Part shown: piece after piece, positions 40,434-52,410 of the stretch
Numbering within the stretch: the stretch's first letter is position 1
Layout: every line of letters starts with the position of its first letter
Source: Botryllus schlosseri
Lineage: Eukaryota
NCBI GenBank assembly: GCA_051294905.1
Contig: CM119372.1
Span: forward strand, 11,720,001-11,784,000
Length of the DNA stretch: 64,000 nucleotides
Reading direction: 5' to 3'
Program-made: the position numbers and the translations under genes
Notes under the pieces: model-generated
Database searches by the model: none
What the model was told of the DNA's origin: nothing
Seen by the model: the letters and a program-made list of their open reading frames with translations, nothing else

Positions 40434-41649
40434 ATCCCATAAGAAGACGAAACGGATAGGAAGACAAAGCTTTAATTTTCGGACGTACTTTTGTCCTTAG
40501 ATATACAATTTATCATTAATTCTTTTGATTTAGACTTAGAGACATGGAAAGTCAGGTGGATGACGGTGATTAACTCGAAAATAACTTCTCGATAAAACAA
40601 CAAGCAACCAAATCAGTTTAAATATACGGATTTTACTATAGTCATTATATTCTGACCGAGACATGGGATTCATTAGGGGCAGTAAGCATGTCGATAATCA
40701 GTTAACAGCAGCCATGTGACTTTAGAGGGGAGTTAGTCCTTATAACAACACCTGAATCTACCAAGGTATATCTTATAGGGGCCCTTTTGATATGTCTATA
40801 CGTTGATCTGTGCTGATCTCTCGTTTGAAGATGTAAAGATTATTCTGTGACACGGGAACTACGTCAAATTTATACTTCGTTTTCGGGAAACTATATTCTT
40901 GCGAACATAAAAGTAACATTCCTTTGTGATGACTTAATGCATCTGCGGCAGAAAGTTAGTCACTCATCTATCTTCCAAGCAGTTGGGTTTGGACGCTTAA
41001 ATTTACCAATTTGACTCGTCTTGCATACTTTGCTCTGCGATAGGACTGCCGGTTTATCAAGTATTCTATAAATTATCGTTTATCGAAATCTCGATGGAAG
41101 CATTCGGTTCGAATTGTAAGAATAAAATCGACTGCAAAATTCAGTCGTAGGGTAATTCGGGCAAATCATGAGCGGATGTCACATTTTCCAACCGCATTTG
41201 AATCCATTTATGCAGAATCGTATAATTATACGCATGAATCCAAATTAATGCCCATTTCTCATCTGTGGGACTACAATTCATGCATGAGCGGGTCTACAAA
41301 TGTACATAGATCTGTATCGTGATGTGCGCCATTAAAAATTACATATATTATTGTTTATAACTGAAACCACATGCCAAAAATGCCATTGAGAAAAAATTAT
41401 GTGCTCTGCCATAAAACGACGTCGCTGCAATGAAATTGAACCACGTGGACTTTCAGTCGTCTCTTGAATTCCATTAATTTATTATTGTTAAATCAATATT
41501 TCTTTAATTGTATTTTGCCGTATTTTTCTTCATTTATTATCCAATATCAAAAAATCTTCTGGGTATCATTCCAAAACTTTGTAGTGTAGGGAACTGCCAG
41601 TTGTTGCTGTTTTTCGTTTTCGTCGCTTGTAGACCAGATTGGTAATTTA

Positions 41650-41840
41650 ACACCGGTCCGCTATTCCTCATTGTGAATCTCGAACTGCTGACTACTGTAT
41701 TAGCACGGGCCAATTTCCTTCCAAGATTTTACACGGATCGCAAAGCGAGGAGAATCTGGATTCGTCCCAGGTCACACTCGAACCCCGTATGACTCGAACT
41801 CGTCCGAGAAGCGTATATCCCTACGCTATCTGGCCATTGG
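41650..41840 (-). repeat. Possible decayed tRNA-derived SINE
   Basis: The minus strand has an A-box-like TGGCCAGATAG followed by B-box-like AGTTCGAGTC and GGTTCGAGTG. No cloverleaf and no second copy seen. Confidence 0.3.
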
Positions 41841-42675
41841 ACTGAGGACGCATTATTTGATGTATTTACGATTTGAAGTTGTCTTTTAGCGAATTCAAAC
41901 ACTTCCCTTAGTCATTAGACTTTTGTTTGTTTGTTTGTTTGTTTCCTTGTTCAAATTTCACATGCCAAACAAGAACGATGCCAAAATCCACGCGATAATG
42001 ATCAAGTTCGACGTTTCTCTTTTACTGCTAAGCGCCCGAGAGCTAAGCGCCTGTATTTGTTTTATTAGCTTAATTTGTCGTAGTGATAATTATCACGAGT
42101 GTCGTGCCACGATGTGTGAACGCGAGATCACTAAAATCCAGAAGATGTGCACTCATTACGACGTCAGTGCATACTGCACACAGTGCACAGCAGGCACACG
42201 GAGAAATCGTTCAGGAACCTATTGAAGATGATTGATGCGTGCCAGCGTTATGACGTATTGAAACTATTTTTACTATCGCCGCAAACGTATCTTAACGGGC
42301 GTTCCTTCGAGGCACGAAGTTACGCGAAGCGCCGTGTCACGATCCTTCCATTTCGTTTTCCATATAGCGGGCCCGGTATCGGTATCGCTTCACGGCGTCG
42401 CACGCGACCGAGATTATTTCTCGAAAATCGTAGCTGATATCGTAAGCCGCAATTGCTGGCATCGCGGCGCGAGAGGCGGGCTGTATGAAAATTTCCATCG
42501 ATCCGGGAAGTCTCACGTGACGGCGTACGCAATCACGGAAAAAACTTCCCCGCGCGCGCCGCGTTGTGCGTTGCCGTGCGCGGTGGAATCTTCTAGAGAT
42601 GGGCGTAACTCATCATAGGCGTGTTTTCCACAAAATCGTGATTACTAAACGCGGGACTCGTCCGATGTGTTGTAA

Positions 42676-42993
42676 CAAGGCTGCAGAGTCGGCTTAGTTC
42701 ACCACCGACATTTTCACCATACCCGCACTCCGACTCTTACTCCTATACTCTGGAAACTTTAAACACACAACACAAGTTCGAACACGCACGAATTTACAGA
42801 CTCTTTAGACTTGGTGTAAAAGGCCATATAGTCGGAGCATCATCACCAAACTGCGTGACTCCGGCTCCAGCTACAGCTAGTATATGTTTTCTCAACACCC
42901 AACCCCGACTCCAATGTGTATTACTAAATTTCTGTGACTCCGACCCCATCAAGAGAAAATATTAAGAATCTCCGACTATTATTTCACAGCCTG
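42676..42993. mobile_element. Decayed MITE with CGACTCC subterminal repeats
   Basis: CAAGGCTGCAGAGTCGG...CACAGCCTG termini and multiple (C)CGACTCC motifs. No clear TSD. Confidence 0.5.
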
Positions 42994-43581
42994 ATCAATG
43001 TCGAGATACTGGATGGGACGATGCAGGGCCTGCGGAGAGATGTATATTGTATAGTGACTATAGTCTATACCTCGTGCGATTGCCGAATTCACGTGCAAAA
43101 ACAGTGCATTACGGAGAGTGATGCGTCGTAGTTTGATTCATATATTATACGTTGAATTTGGAAATACGTGGATCACGCGACCTCTAGGAATCGCGTGATA
43201 AACTATATTGGGGTTGAGACTGCGAAGTTATAAAATAAATGATAACTAAATATGAATAAATATCGCTTCGCGTTCAATAACAGGGATTCACCATACAGAC
43301 ATTTATAATTTTCCGAATCGTTTCCAAACAATATGACACGTGTGCTTCGAGATTCAAAATTACTACAATGCCTATATGTAGTCTTATGTCGCCCTATTTG
43401 CTGGGTTTAAAATTAATGCGGTTTTTTGTCGCACTATTTCTTGAATCAACTTCTTTCGATTGCACAACCCGTATCGCAAATACTTTTCCGGGAATTTCGT
43501 CAACAAACTATTATAAAATATATGAGACCTACAATTATGGATGGGCAAAATTGAGTATCTGGTTGATTCGATTCCGAATCA

Positions 43582-44550
43582 AGTAGGGGAGATGTGGTAC
43601 CGATGGATCACTGGGACCGAAAATACTTTGAAAATTCTCTATGATAATTCCATGATTACACTCCGTGAACTTGTCTACAATTGCATGCTGGCAAAATCTT
43701 TCCTCACATACAAAAAAATTCGACTTGCACGAGCTATGGGGTCTCTCACAGATGTTTTTTGTTTTGGGGGGTGTAAAGTAAATTTAGATCGACATATACA
43801 TTTTTCTTTGTAATTTTCAACGCGAACAAACCAGCAATAATTTTTATTGTGAAGTGTAGGGCTTGTATCAGGCTATATATTGGCACCTACTATTTTTTTC
43901 AGTACTTTCCTTGAGTGGAATTTTTTTCGATTCATGTATAAAATTCGTAGGGTAGGGACCGATGATACAATAGCCAAATCAAGCAAAATAATCAAGCATA
44001 CTAATCATGAAACAAATGAAACATGCCTACGTACAGAAGATCTTTATGTCATATTTGCATATGATGTTTTATCGCTATAACGAGGTATTTGTAAGTCACA
44101 CTGTCGATTTTCGGGCAATATGTATGTACACTAAAATTAATAAATCCGAGCCTAAATCGAAACGTGATTTTATGACAACATTTGAGTTAATATTTATTCT
44201 AGGTTTTGACGGTTGCGATCAAACATTTTTCTTTGGCTTGCTGTAGCTTAGATTATAATACTGAGCAAGAAAAGTTGTCACATCTGAGTTTTTTAGGGTA
44301 TATGTGTCATAGGTCCCGGGTCGTGTGCCATTGGACCCACCGGGTGGGGACCGATGACACGTTCGAGCAACAAATTTTGAACGTCCATAAATATTTTTTG
44401 AAAAGACGGATATTCATGTATATGTGCGCGATAGGTAGAGCTTGTATCAAAGTGCTGAGCCAGCAAAAGATCTGCTGTTTTCGGCTGAACATTTTGGGGC
44501 CAGCGATCATTTTCCAATTTTTGATCCATCGGTACCACATCTCCCCTACT
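43582..44550. mobile_element. 969-bp non-autonomous DNA transposon, superfamily unresolved
   Basis: Perfect 29-bp inverted repeat AGTAGGGGAGATGTGGTACCGATGGATCA (43582-43610 and 44522-44550). Internal GGGACCGATGA repeats. No recognisable coding region. Confidence 0.88.
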
Positions 44551-46952
44551 AAGCTTCGAGTCCAGTCGGATTCTCGGATATTACCCGTCGTGACATCATA
44601 AAAGTATGGATGATGTAGAAAATTCAAATATGTGACCACAAAGAAAATATGTGACTTCACAGAAATGTAATTTACAAGGGGTCGGAAACCATTTTCGCTC
44701 TGCAGATCGGGTTAAAAATGTTTTTTTTTTTTCAGGGGCCGGTATTCGTAAAACACGATTGCTCAACTTGGAAAATTGATGGAGCCTCATAGACGCATTA
44801 TAAGGTCAGTAACTGGTGCACAGTATGCCAATAACACATATGTGTCAATTAGAGAGATTATATTGATTTTCTGTTAATTTTTATCAGTGATCTTGACCAC
44901 TATGCTACAGCATACGAACTTTTCGAGGACCATGCAGTAGTATATACTCGTGGACCGGAACCGCTGCGAGGACTGCCGGTTGTCGACCACTGATTTACAC
45001 AGATGTGCGTGGTTTTTTAATACATGTTTTGAATGACGTGATACGAATAATCGAGGTTTCACGGATTCCGCGATGTGAAAAACTATAAAAACTATATGAA
45101 TCTATTTGATTATAATATAACTGTTAGTTGGGATAGGGCGTATAAATTCAGTACCCGAAAAAATTGTTTTTTACTAATCGGCTCGACAATTATTACTCAA
45201 TTCGTAGTTGGAGTACTCGAATCACTGTGCCCGGTCCCTACCTATATATACTCTTTGATACCTCCATGATTTTCCAGGATCATGCTATTTTCTGTATTCA
45301 TATTTGTATTTCGAGTCGCGATGCCAACAGGCCGTTATCGCATGCTAAGATCGAATGTCTTGAGACACAAAATAATTGCTATGGAGCAACCATATAACCC
45401 ATATATACGTGTGGTATATCAATCATATGAACGCAAGACCCGATTTTTTTCATCTATTTATAGTGACTTCCAGATAAAATTTGTGTCACATTACTGGATA
45501 GTCCGAAATTCCCCGATTCCTTCGCCATTATCTATTTCCAAATATTGTATTGACCTCGCCTACTTTCAATCAGATTCTCGCATTGCTGGTTGCTTAGGTC
45601 AGATCGGTTAAACGCAAATGACACACTACATGACCTGGAATATACTTTTTACATCCATTATGCTATCACGCAGCATGTAAGTGGTAATTAATTAATGATA
45701 GATTAGTTTATAAACAAAAACAGTCCTATAGGAAAGTGCACCGGGTCAGATGTACAGGATGTGAACCACGCTTCAGTTCAAGGCGAGCATAAATATGCAT
45801 GCTATTCATCCGGCACGTATTTTGCTTCACTAGATCACCATGACCATGCAATTTCTGTACGATTTCGGTTTTTGTGCTGTGCCACGCCAAAATGTATGGC
45901 ACGACGTATTGTGCGTCATCCGAGACCAATCTTCACAATATAGACGCCAGGATAATTTTAGAACGAGGCGTACAGAAACTGATTTGCTCCTAAAATGCCT
46001 ATAAATGGAAAAAAAATGAACGGACGCCACGGAATTGGCAAGTGTGCTGCGCGGCGCAAGCGGATAGGATTAAAATAGAAGTTCAATACAAAATGCATGC
46101 GATCGTAAATTGGAATTTTAGTGGGACAGTGAGGGGAAACTTCCGACATTTCTGTAACAAAAAATGTGTATTCGATCTTTTAGCAATTCTAGCTACAACC
46201 CATAAAGCGTCAAAACCAGCTATGGTAGATGCTATACCTCAATGTTTTAATATAGATGTTTATTTCAGACAGCGGTCGCATAATTTGTTTGTGGCAACAA
46301 TTGCATCACAATTGTCACAATTTGTTCGCGATCAGATTTGAAATCCCGGGACTTTTGGATTAACAAAGCAGAAAAATATACACACATGCAGGCAACACAA
46401 ATCACATTTATTGATTGTAATACTGACACGAGAGCATCGCGAGTATCGTCGTTTAGATGGTTTCTGATTTTGCTGGCAAAATATTCGCGAGCCGAAAATG
46501 CACGTTCGCCTCAACAGATGTTGGCTTAATAATTTTGAATGATGCATATAATTGTTCAGGTTTTCTGGCCCTTTTTTGCTCGCTTCACAGAAGAGCATTT
46601 CCTTTTGTATCCGAGCGCGGACATCTCAGTTTTGTGCTTCTTTGCTTTTATCTTCTGCTACGGAAGCATGCAGTTCATGACCTGAACTCATTTTAGAGTC
46701 ATGGTTATTACCTACTGTCACACTCTACTATCCATACTGGTGGTCTCGACCAGGGTGCCGCGGCACCCTGGGTGGCGATTGGACTACCCAAGTGTGCCGC
46801 AAGATAATGTTGTGAACAAATTCAGAGTATGGCGTATAATCGGCGGCTCTATTATTTTTTTCCGCTCAAGACACACAATTCACATAGCCTACGATGTAAT
46901 GAACAGATAGGAGGATGTCGAAATGACCAAATACGGTTTTTCAATATGACAT

Positions 46953-47165
46953 CTGAAGAGCTTCTTGGAGGTACAGAACTTCAATATACAATTAAATAGT
47001 ATATTCATATTGAAATGAACCCGAATATTTTCGGCTGACACTCGTCAGGGGTAATCGTCAGCAACTAGTAGAGAATTGGAAAGAACATTGTATATCAACA
47101 ATCGTATCACAAAATATGACGTCACCAGCATGAAATTTCGAATGAGAGAACGTTCAATGTACTAT
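46953..47165 (-). mobile_element. Solo copy of the Penelope-like 3' repeat (pseudo-LTR)
   Basis: Near-identical reverse complement of about 63776-63987. Flanked by the direct repeat CAATATGACAT (46942-46952 and 47171-47181). Confidence 0.9.
47019..47062 (-). ncRNA. Minimal type I hammerhead ribozyme motif
   Basis: The minus strand reads GCUGACGAUU-ACCC-CUGACGA-GUGUCAGCC-GAAA-AUAU-UC-GGGU, identical to 63878-63921. Confidence 0.7.
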
Positions 47166-47282
47166 ATGTACAATATGACATCCCTCTAAGCTTAATTCCC
47201 GATGTTACACTGTTCCATTTTTATCTTTCATATTTGGTCATATTTTTTGTATGTTCAATGCACTTTCATATTCTATATAGCT

Positions 47283-47392
47283 GCTAATGATTAGCCCTGA
47301 CGAGAGTTCACCAAAAACAATGGATTTATTTCAATATGAATATATATTTTTCCATTGTATATTAAAGTTATATACCTCCAATAATCTCTTTT
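47283..47392 (+). mobile_element. Older, diverged forward copy of the Penelope-like terminal repeat
   Basis: CCCTGACGAG...ATTTCAATATGAATATAT...TACCTCCAA aligns with 63878-63980. The GAAA core is mutated. Confidence 0.7.
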
Positions 47393-47899
47393 AACCATAT
47401 ACCTATATATGTTTTTACAATGATTTCCAATCTCCAGTGTTTCAGGTCGCGAAGGCATGGGTCAGCTGTGGCAGGTGAGGGTTGAAACTATTTCCTTCAC
47501 ATTCGATGATGGATGAGTATTGAGTATTGAGTATTGAGTATGAGTAAACCTGAACACCCCTTATACGGAGATATCCTCGGTCTGCATTCACAGTCAGGTC
47601 ATTTTTGTAAGGACACTGTGAGCACATTGAAGTGCGGAATGACGGTCTCCGATAAACCTCCTACGCTCCAGTATAGTGCCACTGTCAAGAATCAAACCGA
47701 GGCATCCACCGCCGTGGTGGTGAAAAGTGGCCATCACTTGGGTAATTGGGCAGTGATGATGAGGCTTGGTCGAAGTTGCTGACCATTTTATCTATAGTCA
47801 GCACAATCAGAAACTGGGGATGAACACTGAACAGTGACACGAAGTAGGTTGATACTCTTTTCTTTTTCTTTTTATATTATCATCTAACCTTACGAAGTT

Positions 47900-48269
47900 T
47901 ACTTACTTACGAAGTTTAGCAGTTATACGCATATGTGAGCGATACAGCACCTTCTTGCGTACCTCTATATTCGTTCTTCGATTCAAAATCAATGACCACT
48001 CAATCTGTATTTCAGGCAGCTGACAAAATGCAATGACGTAATCATGCCTCATACTTCGAAAAGGCAACTTGACTTGAATTTTGACTCGACTCGTGACTTG
48101 ACTTGACTTGACTTGACTCGACTTGACTCGAGTCACCTCCAAAAATCGAGTGACTTGACTTGACTCGAGTCACCTTAGAAAATCAATTGACTTGACTTCA
48201 CTAGAGTCAAAATGTGCAATGACTCGAAATGACTCGTGACTCGAAGGTAGTGACTTGATCCCAACACTG
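47900..48269 (-). mobile_element. Truncated inverted copy of family G
   Basis: Reverse complement of about 51028-51400. Ends CCCAACACTG and has GACTT/GACTC tandem arrays. Confidence 0.88.
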
Positions 48270-49349
48270 GTAGATAGTGGTGGTGGTGACTGTATAAGAA
48301 GCTTACAACCCAAGGCTCGGTGAAGCGAAAAATACCAGTATTATATGAAGTCAACTGATTGAGGCTTGAGGGGGCACCATGATAGGGAATGTTCGAGCAT
48401 AGAGTGCAAGAAAATCAAGCAAAAGTGAAGTAGAGCCTACAATTCATACGAAAATTTTGATCCCCTGATGACATGGGCCAATTCTGACAAAAAAACGTAA
48501 AATATTGATCAATTGATTGTTGAAATTCTGGTCATGGTCAAGGCCCAAGGGGATGGGTGGAGCAGTAGTAGACATGAACAATTTAAGTTGTTTTGCACAT
48601 TCTCTTCAGCTATTTGTTAATAATGTGCTGAAGGCTCCAGGTGCACTGCCAGAAGAATATGAATATTTGGCGGAACCATTGTAGGAAAGATCCCCTGCAG
48701 CGGAGTGGTGGAACCGAAATATAGGAAGATTTCCAATTCTTGCTGTGCCACTAACTATGGTATCCAGTGAAGGACTGCTCACTGTGTTTAGTACATCATT
48801 TATGAAGATCACAGAAGTTCGCTTCTTGGAGAAAGGGCCGAGAAATTATGCTTCGTGAACTGTAATCTGCAACTGCTAGACCGGTGCTATTTATATATTT
48901 TTATAGCCCCCAGATCATTCATTTCATGTTCAAGTATAGCAATAACTGTAAAGTTGTTTAAATAAATACTCTGAGATGTTACATATGCGCCTTGAGCTAG
49001 ATTCTATATCTTTTGAATATCTGCTGAATATATCGGATTATCGGTGAAGGTACTGGATGCCGGTTTTATCGGTATCGGTTCAAAATTCCAATATCGGTCG
49101 GGCTCTAATTGGTACCCTCTCCAGAGTTGAGTCTAACTACATTCGCAATTATGAAAGATCGTGTCGTTCAACATGCGACTTTGCGTGTGCACTCGTAGAA
49201 AGATCGTCAGCGATGATACCTTGACACAAAATGAATAGACGCATCTTCGTCGAAACCTTCGATATTGATTTGTCCTAGCGCCAATAATCCTGTCCCTGCC
49301 AAATCAGCCCAGCGATATACAGAGGCAGCCCGGAATATATGCTTGCTAT

Positions 49350-49738
49350 TAGGGATGCATTTGAAACAAAAATCAATTTAAAACAAACATGTTTAGAACG
49401 AGGCCCTCGTTTTTTATTGTTTTTTTTTTGGTTTTGGTTTTGAGTCATGACGTCATGAATATTCAATTGTGACCTCATAATGGATTGACATTGACAATTG
49501 AAAATATAGGGTAAATACAGCTCTTTTGACGAAATATCTGCACTATAACTGTTGATCCGACTATTTTGATGGTTCCAACCACCCCATATCGATATACGTC
49601 GGCTAAATCGGGTGGTAATTTTCCGTAGGCTCATACAACATGTTTTTTAGAAAGTATTTACACAATTATGGCATAATTTTACAACTTAAAAACACACAAA
49701 TTTGTTTTAAAACACCGTTTGTTTTAAATGCAACCCTA
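49350..49738 (+). mobile_element. MITE family A, copy 7
   Basis: TIRs present. Perfect 8-bp TSD CTTGCTAT. Confidence 0.93.
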
Positions 49739-50454
49739 CTTGCTATGCGATATATTGTCATCGATTTTGATGCGTAGTAAGAAAAGTCTTGTTTCCACCA
49801 TTACCTAATCCGGTTCGCTTTTGTCGTATGACTAATAAAATGTCATCAATATCCAGGTGGCCCGCGCAATGGTTCATAAATCTCATGTGGCCCTTTGGCC
49901 GAAAAGGTTGGCCACCCCTGGATTAGATAATTAGCGTCGTCCTGAAATGTGAGACGATGATAGATATGATACAATAGGAGTATACATATTCCGTGAACGA
50001 TTTAGTTATAAGACGCGCAGATTCAATCTGTTTCCGTATGGCCTCGCCGGCCGCTTCCCATCTCATGTTTCACCTCTACGAGAAACGCGTGACCTACTTC
50101 TGACCGCACTTTGCACTGTTCAGAGTTCATGATCGCATACGGGTCGTTCGAAAATAAACTCCTCGTCGGCATTTCTATAATTATGCAAGAAATGCTGTCA
50201 AGACCTAAAATATCGCTGGAATTCATGTGATTCATATAGTTCAGTCGACAGAGCGTTACAATGCTGTATAATGAGATGTACACTGGAACAATAACTATTC
50301 TTTGTAACTATACAGCAACGTTTATATACCCTACATTCCACTATTTCCCGAAAATTCATTTTGCAAGCTTCTACATGGGCAAATAAATGTTTTGGCGTAC
50401 CTATACTCTCTCACAAGTAGCATTTGTACTCGGATAGCAAACTTATATTCATGC

Positions 50455-50640
50455 TAGCGTTGGGATCATGTCACTACCGTCGAGTCAGAAGTCAAATCGA
50501 GTCATTGCACATTTTGAATCGAGTCAAGTCAAGTCACTTGATTTTTGGACTCTAGTCCAATCGAGTCACGAGTCAAGTCGCAAAGTCGTGTTGAATTTTC
50601 GAAGTGCGAGGCATGCTTCAAGCCATTGCATTTTACAAGA
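50455..50640 (+). mobile_element. Diverged left-end fragment of family G
   Basis: GTTGGGATCATGTCACTACCGTCGAGTCA...GAGTCATTGCACATTTTGA matches the sequence from 51028 onward. Confidence 0.75.
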
Positions 50641-51027
50641 TAATTGAAGTAAAGATTGATTTACCAATAATTATGACTCGAGCAACGACTATCGAGTTAG
50701 TTACACCTTCACCGGGGCGTCGTGTGGTTCACATAAACGCACAATTCACCGACACATCCATACGATACAATTTAAGCCTGTACCAATTTTTGACGAGTAA
50801 TATATATAAAGGTATAAGCTAATATATCAATCCGATTTAAATTATGTATGAGTGTCGTTAAGATTAGCACAGAGCAGAAAGGCACTGCTATAGATCGAAT
50901 ACCACTAGTATACGACAACACAACGACAACGTACTACGTTTAGGTCAATTTGTTTGCGGAATCGATGAATGACTATGGTTGCTCAATGCTCAGACATGCA
51001 TGTAATATCAGCGTGTCGAGAAGGTAC

Positions 51028-51990
51028 CAGTGTTGGGATCAAGTCACTACCTTCGAGTCACGAGTCATTTCGAGTCATTGCACATTTTGACTCGAGTCAA
51101 GTCAAGTCAATCGATTTTCGAAGGTGACTCGAGTCAAGTCAAGTCACTCGATTTTTGGAGGTGACTCGAGTCAAGTCGAGTCGAGTCAAGTCAAGTCACG
51201 AGTCGAGTCAAATTTCATGTCAAGTTGCCTTTTCGAAGTATGAGGCATACCTACGCCATTTCATTTTGCTAGCTCTCTGAAATACAGATTGACCGGTCAT
51301 TGATTCTGAATCGATGAACGAATATGAAGGTAAGTATACACGTAAGAAGGCGCTGTATCGCTTACATGTATGTACAAATGCTAAACTGCGTTATTAAGTA
51401 ATTGCATAGCCTCAGTTTATAGTTACCAGACAAAATAGAGAATAGAGAAATGATATGATGCAATACATTACCCATTTACAAATTGATGATTCAATTCGAG
51501 CCTGCGTCAATGGTCGAGGACTATAAAAACTATATTCTAATTCAATTTCAATAAAACAAAAGGTTTGGTTCAGGTACAGAAAACAGTAATGACAATTTTC
51601 TAATAAATTACATTACTATACTAGTTTACGACAGCGTAAGCTGTAAGCTTCGATCACTTCGTAAGCGGTCAATTTATATGTGACAGAACAATGGGGGCCC
51701 AGTAAAACGCACGGTCATTGAATTATTGGTCGCTCTCATGGGTTACACCAGCGTTTCGCGAACAATCCTATTGCAAGATACAGTGATTTTTATAGACATC
51801 GGTTGCTTGATGACTTGAAATTGACTCGTGAATTCTGCCTCGAGTCACGAGTCAATCCACATTCCTGATACGCCGAGTCAAGTCAAGTCAAGTCATTTTA
51901 ACAAAGTGACTCGAGTCAAGTCAAGTCATACTAAAAAGTTGACTCGAGTCTGACTCGAGTCAAGTCATGACTCGAGTCATCCCAACACTG
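51028..51990 (+). mobile_element. Complete 963-bp non-autonomous hAT-type element (family G)
   Basis: TIR CAGTGTTGGGAT. Perfect 8-bp TSD GAAGGTAC. Subterminal arrays of AGTCA pentamers and GACTCGAGTC palindromes. Confidence 0.95.
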
Positions 51991-52027
51991 GAAGGTACAC
52001 TGGGACTTAGCTGACACCAATTACCTG

Positions 52028-52410
52028 ATGACTCGAAAAGTTTGCTTCGAGTCACGAGTCAATGCACGTGTTTGAGACACCGAGTCAAATCCAGTGTTGG
52101 GATGACTCGCGTCACCTTTTTCGTATGATTAGACTTGACTCGACGTTTCAGAAATGCGGATTGACTTGTGACTCGACGCAAAATTTGCGAGTCAATTTCA
52201 AGTCATCAAGTAATCGATGTCGACTAAATCGCTGTGTCTTGTATAAGTTCGGATTGTTAACGACAGGCTGGTGTGACCTGTGAGAGCAACCAATCACTCA
52301 ATGATTGTGCGCTTTACCAAGCCCCCATTGCTATGTCACAAATAATTTGATTGCAAACGCAGTGACCGGAACTTACAGCTTACGTTGTCGTAAACAAGTA
52401 GTAAAGTAAT
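52028..52410. mobile_element. Further family G fragments (forward piece 52028-52090, inverted right end from 52092)
   Basis: CAGTGTTGGGATGACTCG at 52092. The downstream sequence is a diverged reverse complement of about 51620-51990. Confidence 0.75.

Noticed and set aside
46750..46771. 22-bp palindrome CCAGGGTGCCGCGGCACCCTGG
   Set aside because: Resembles the GC-rich subterminal palindromes of the hAT-type MITEs common here. It is likely an end fragment, as are the similar pieces at about 18480-18570, 20552, 49853-49920 and 60475.
48060..51990. CRISPR-like or satellite appearance of the GACTT/AGTCA arrays
   Set aside because: These are pentamer arrays without unique spacers, lying within TIR- and TSD-bounded elements in eukaryotic DNA. 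They are subterminal transposon repeats.
52025..52045. CTGATGA-CTC-GAAA hammerhead-like core
   Set aside because: No stem II pair and no convincing stems I or III. It arises from the GACTCGA repeat of family G.
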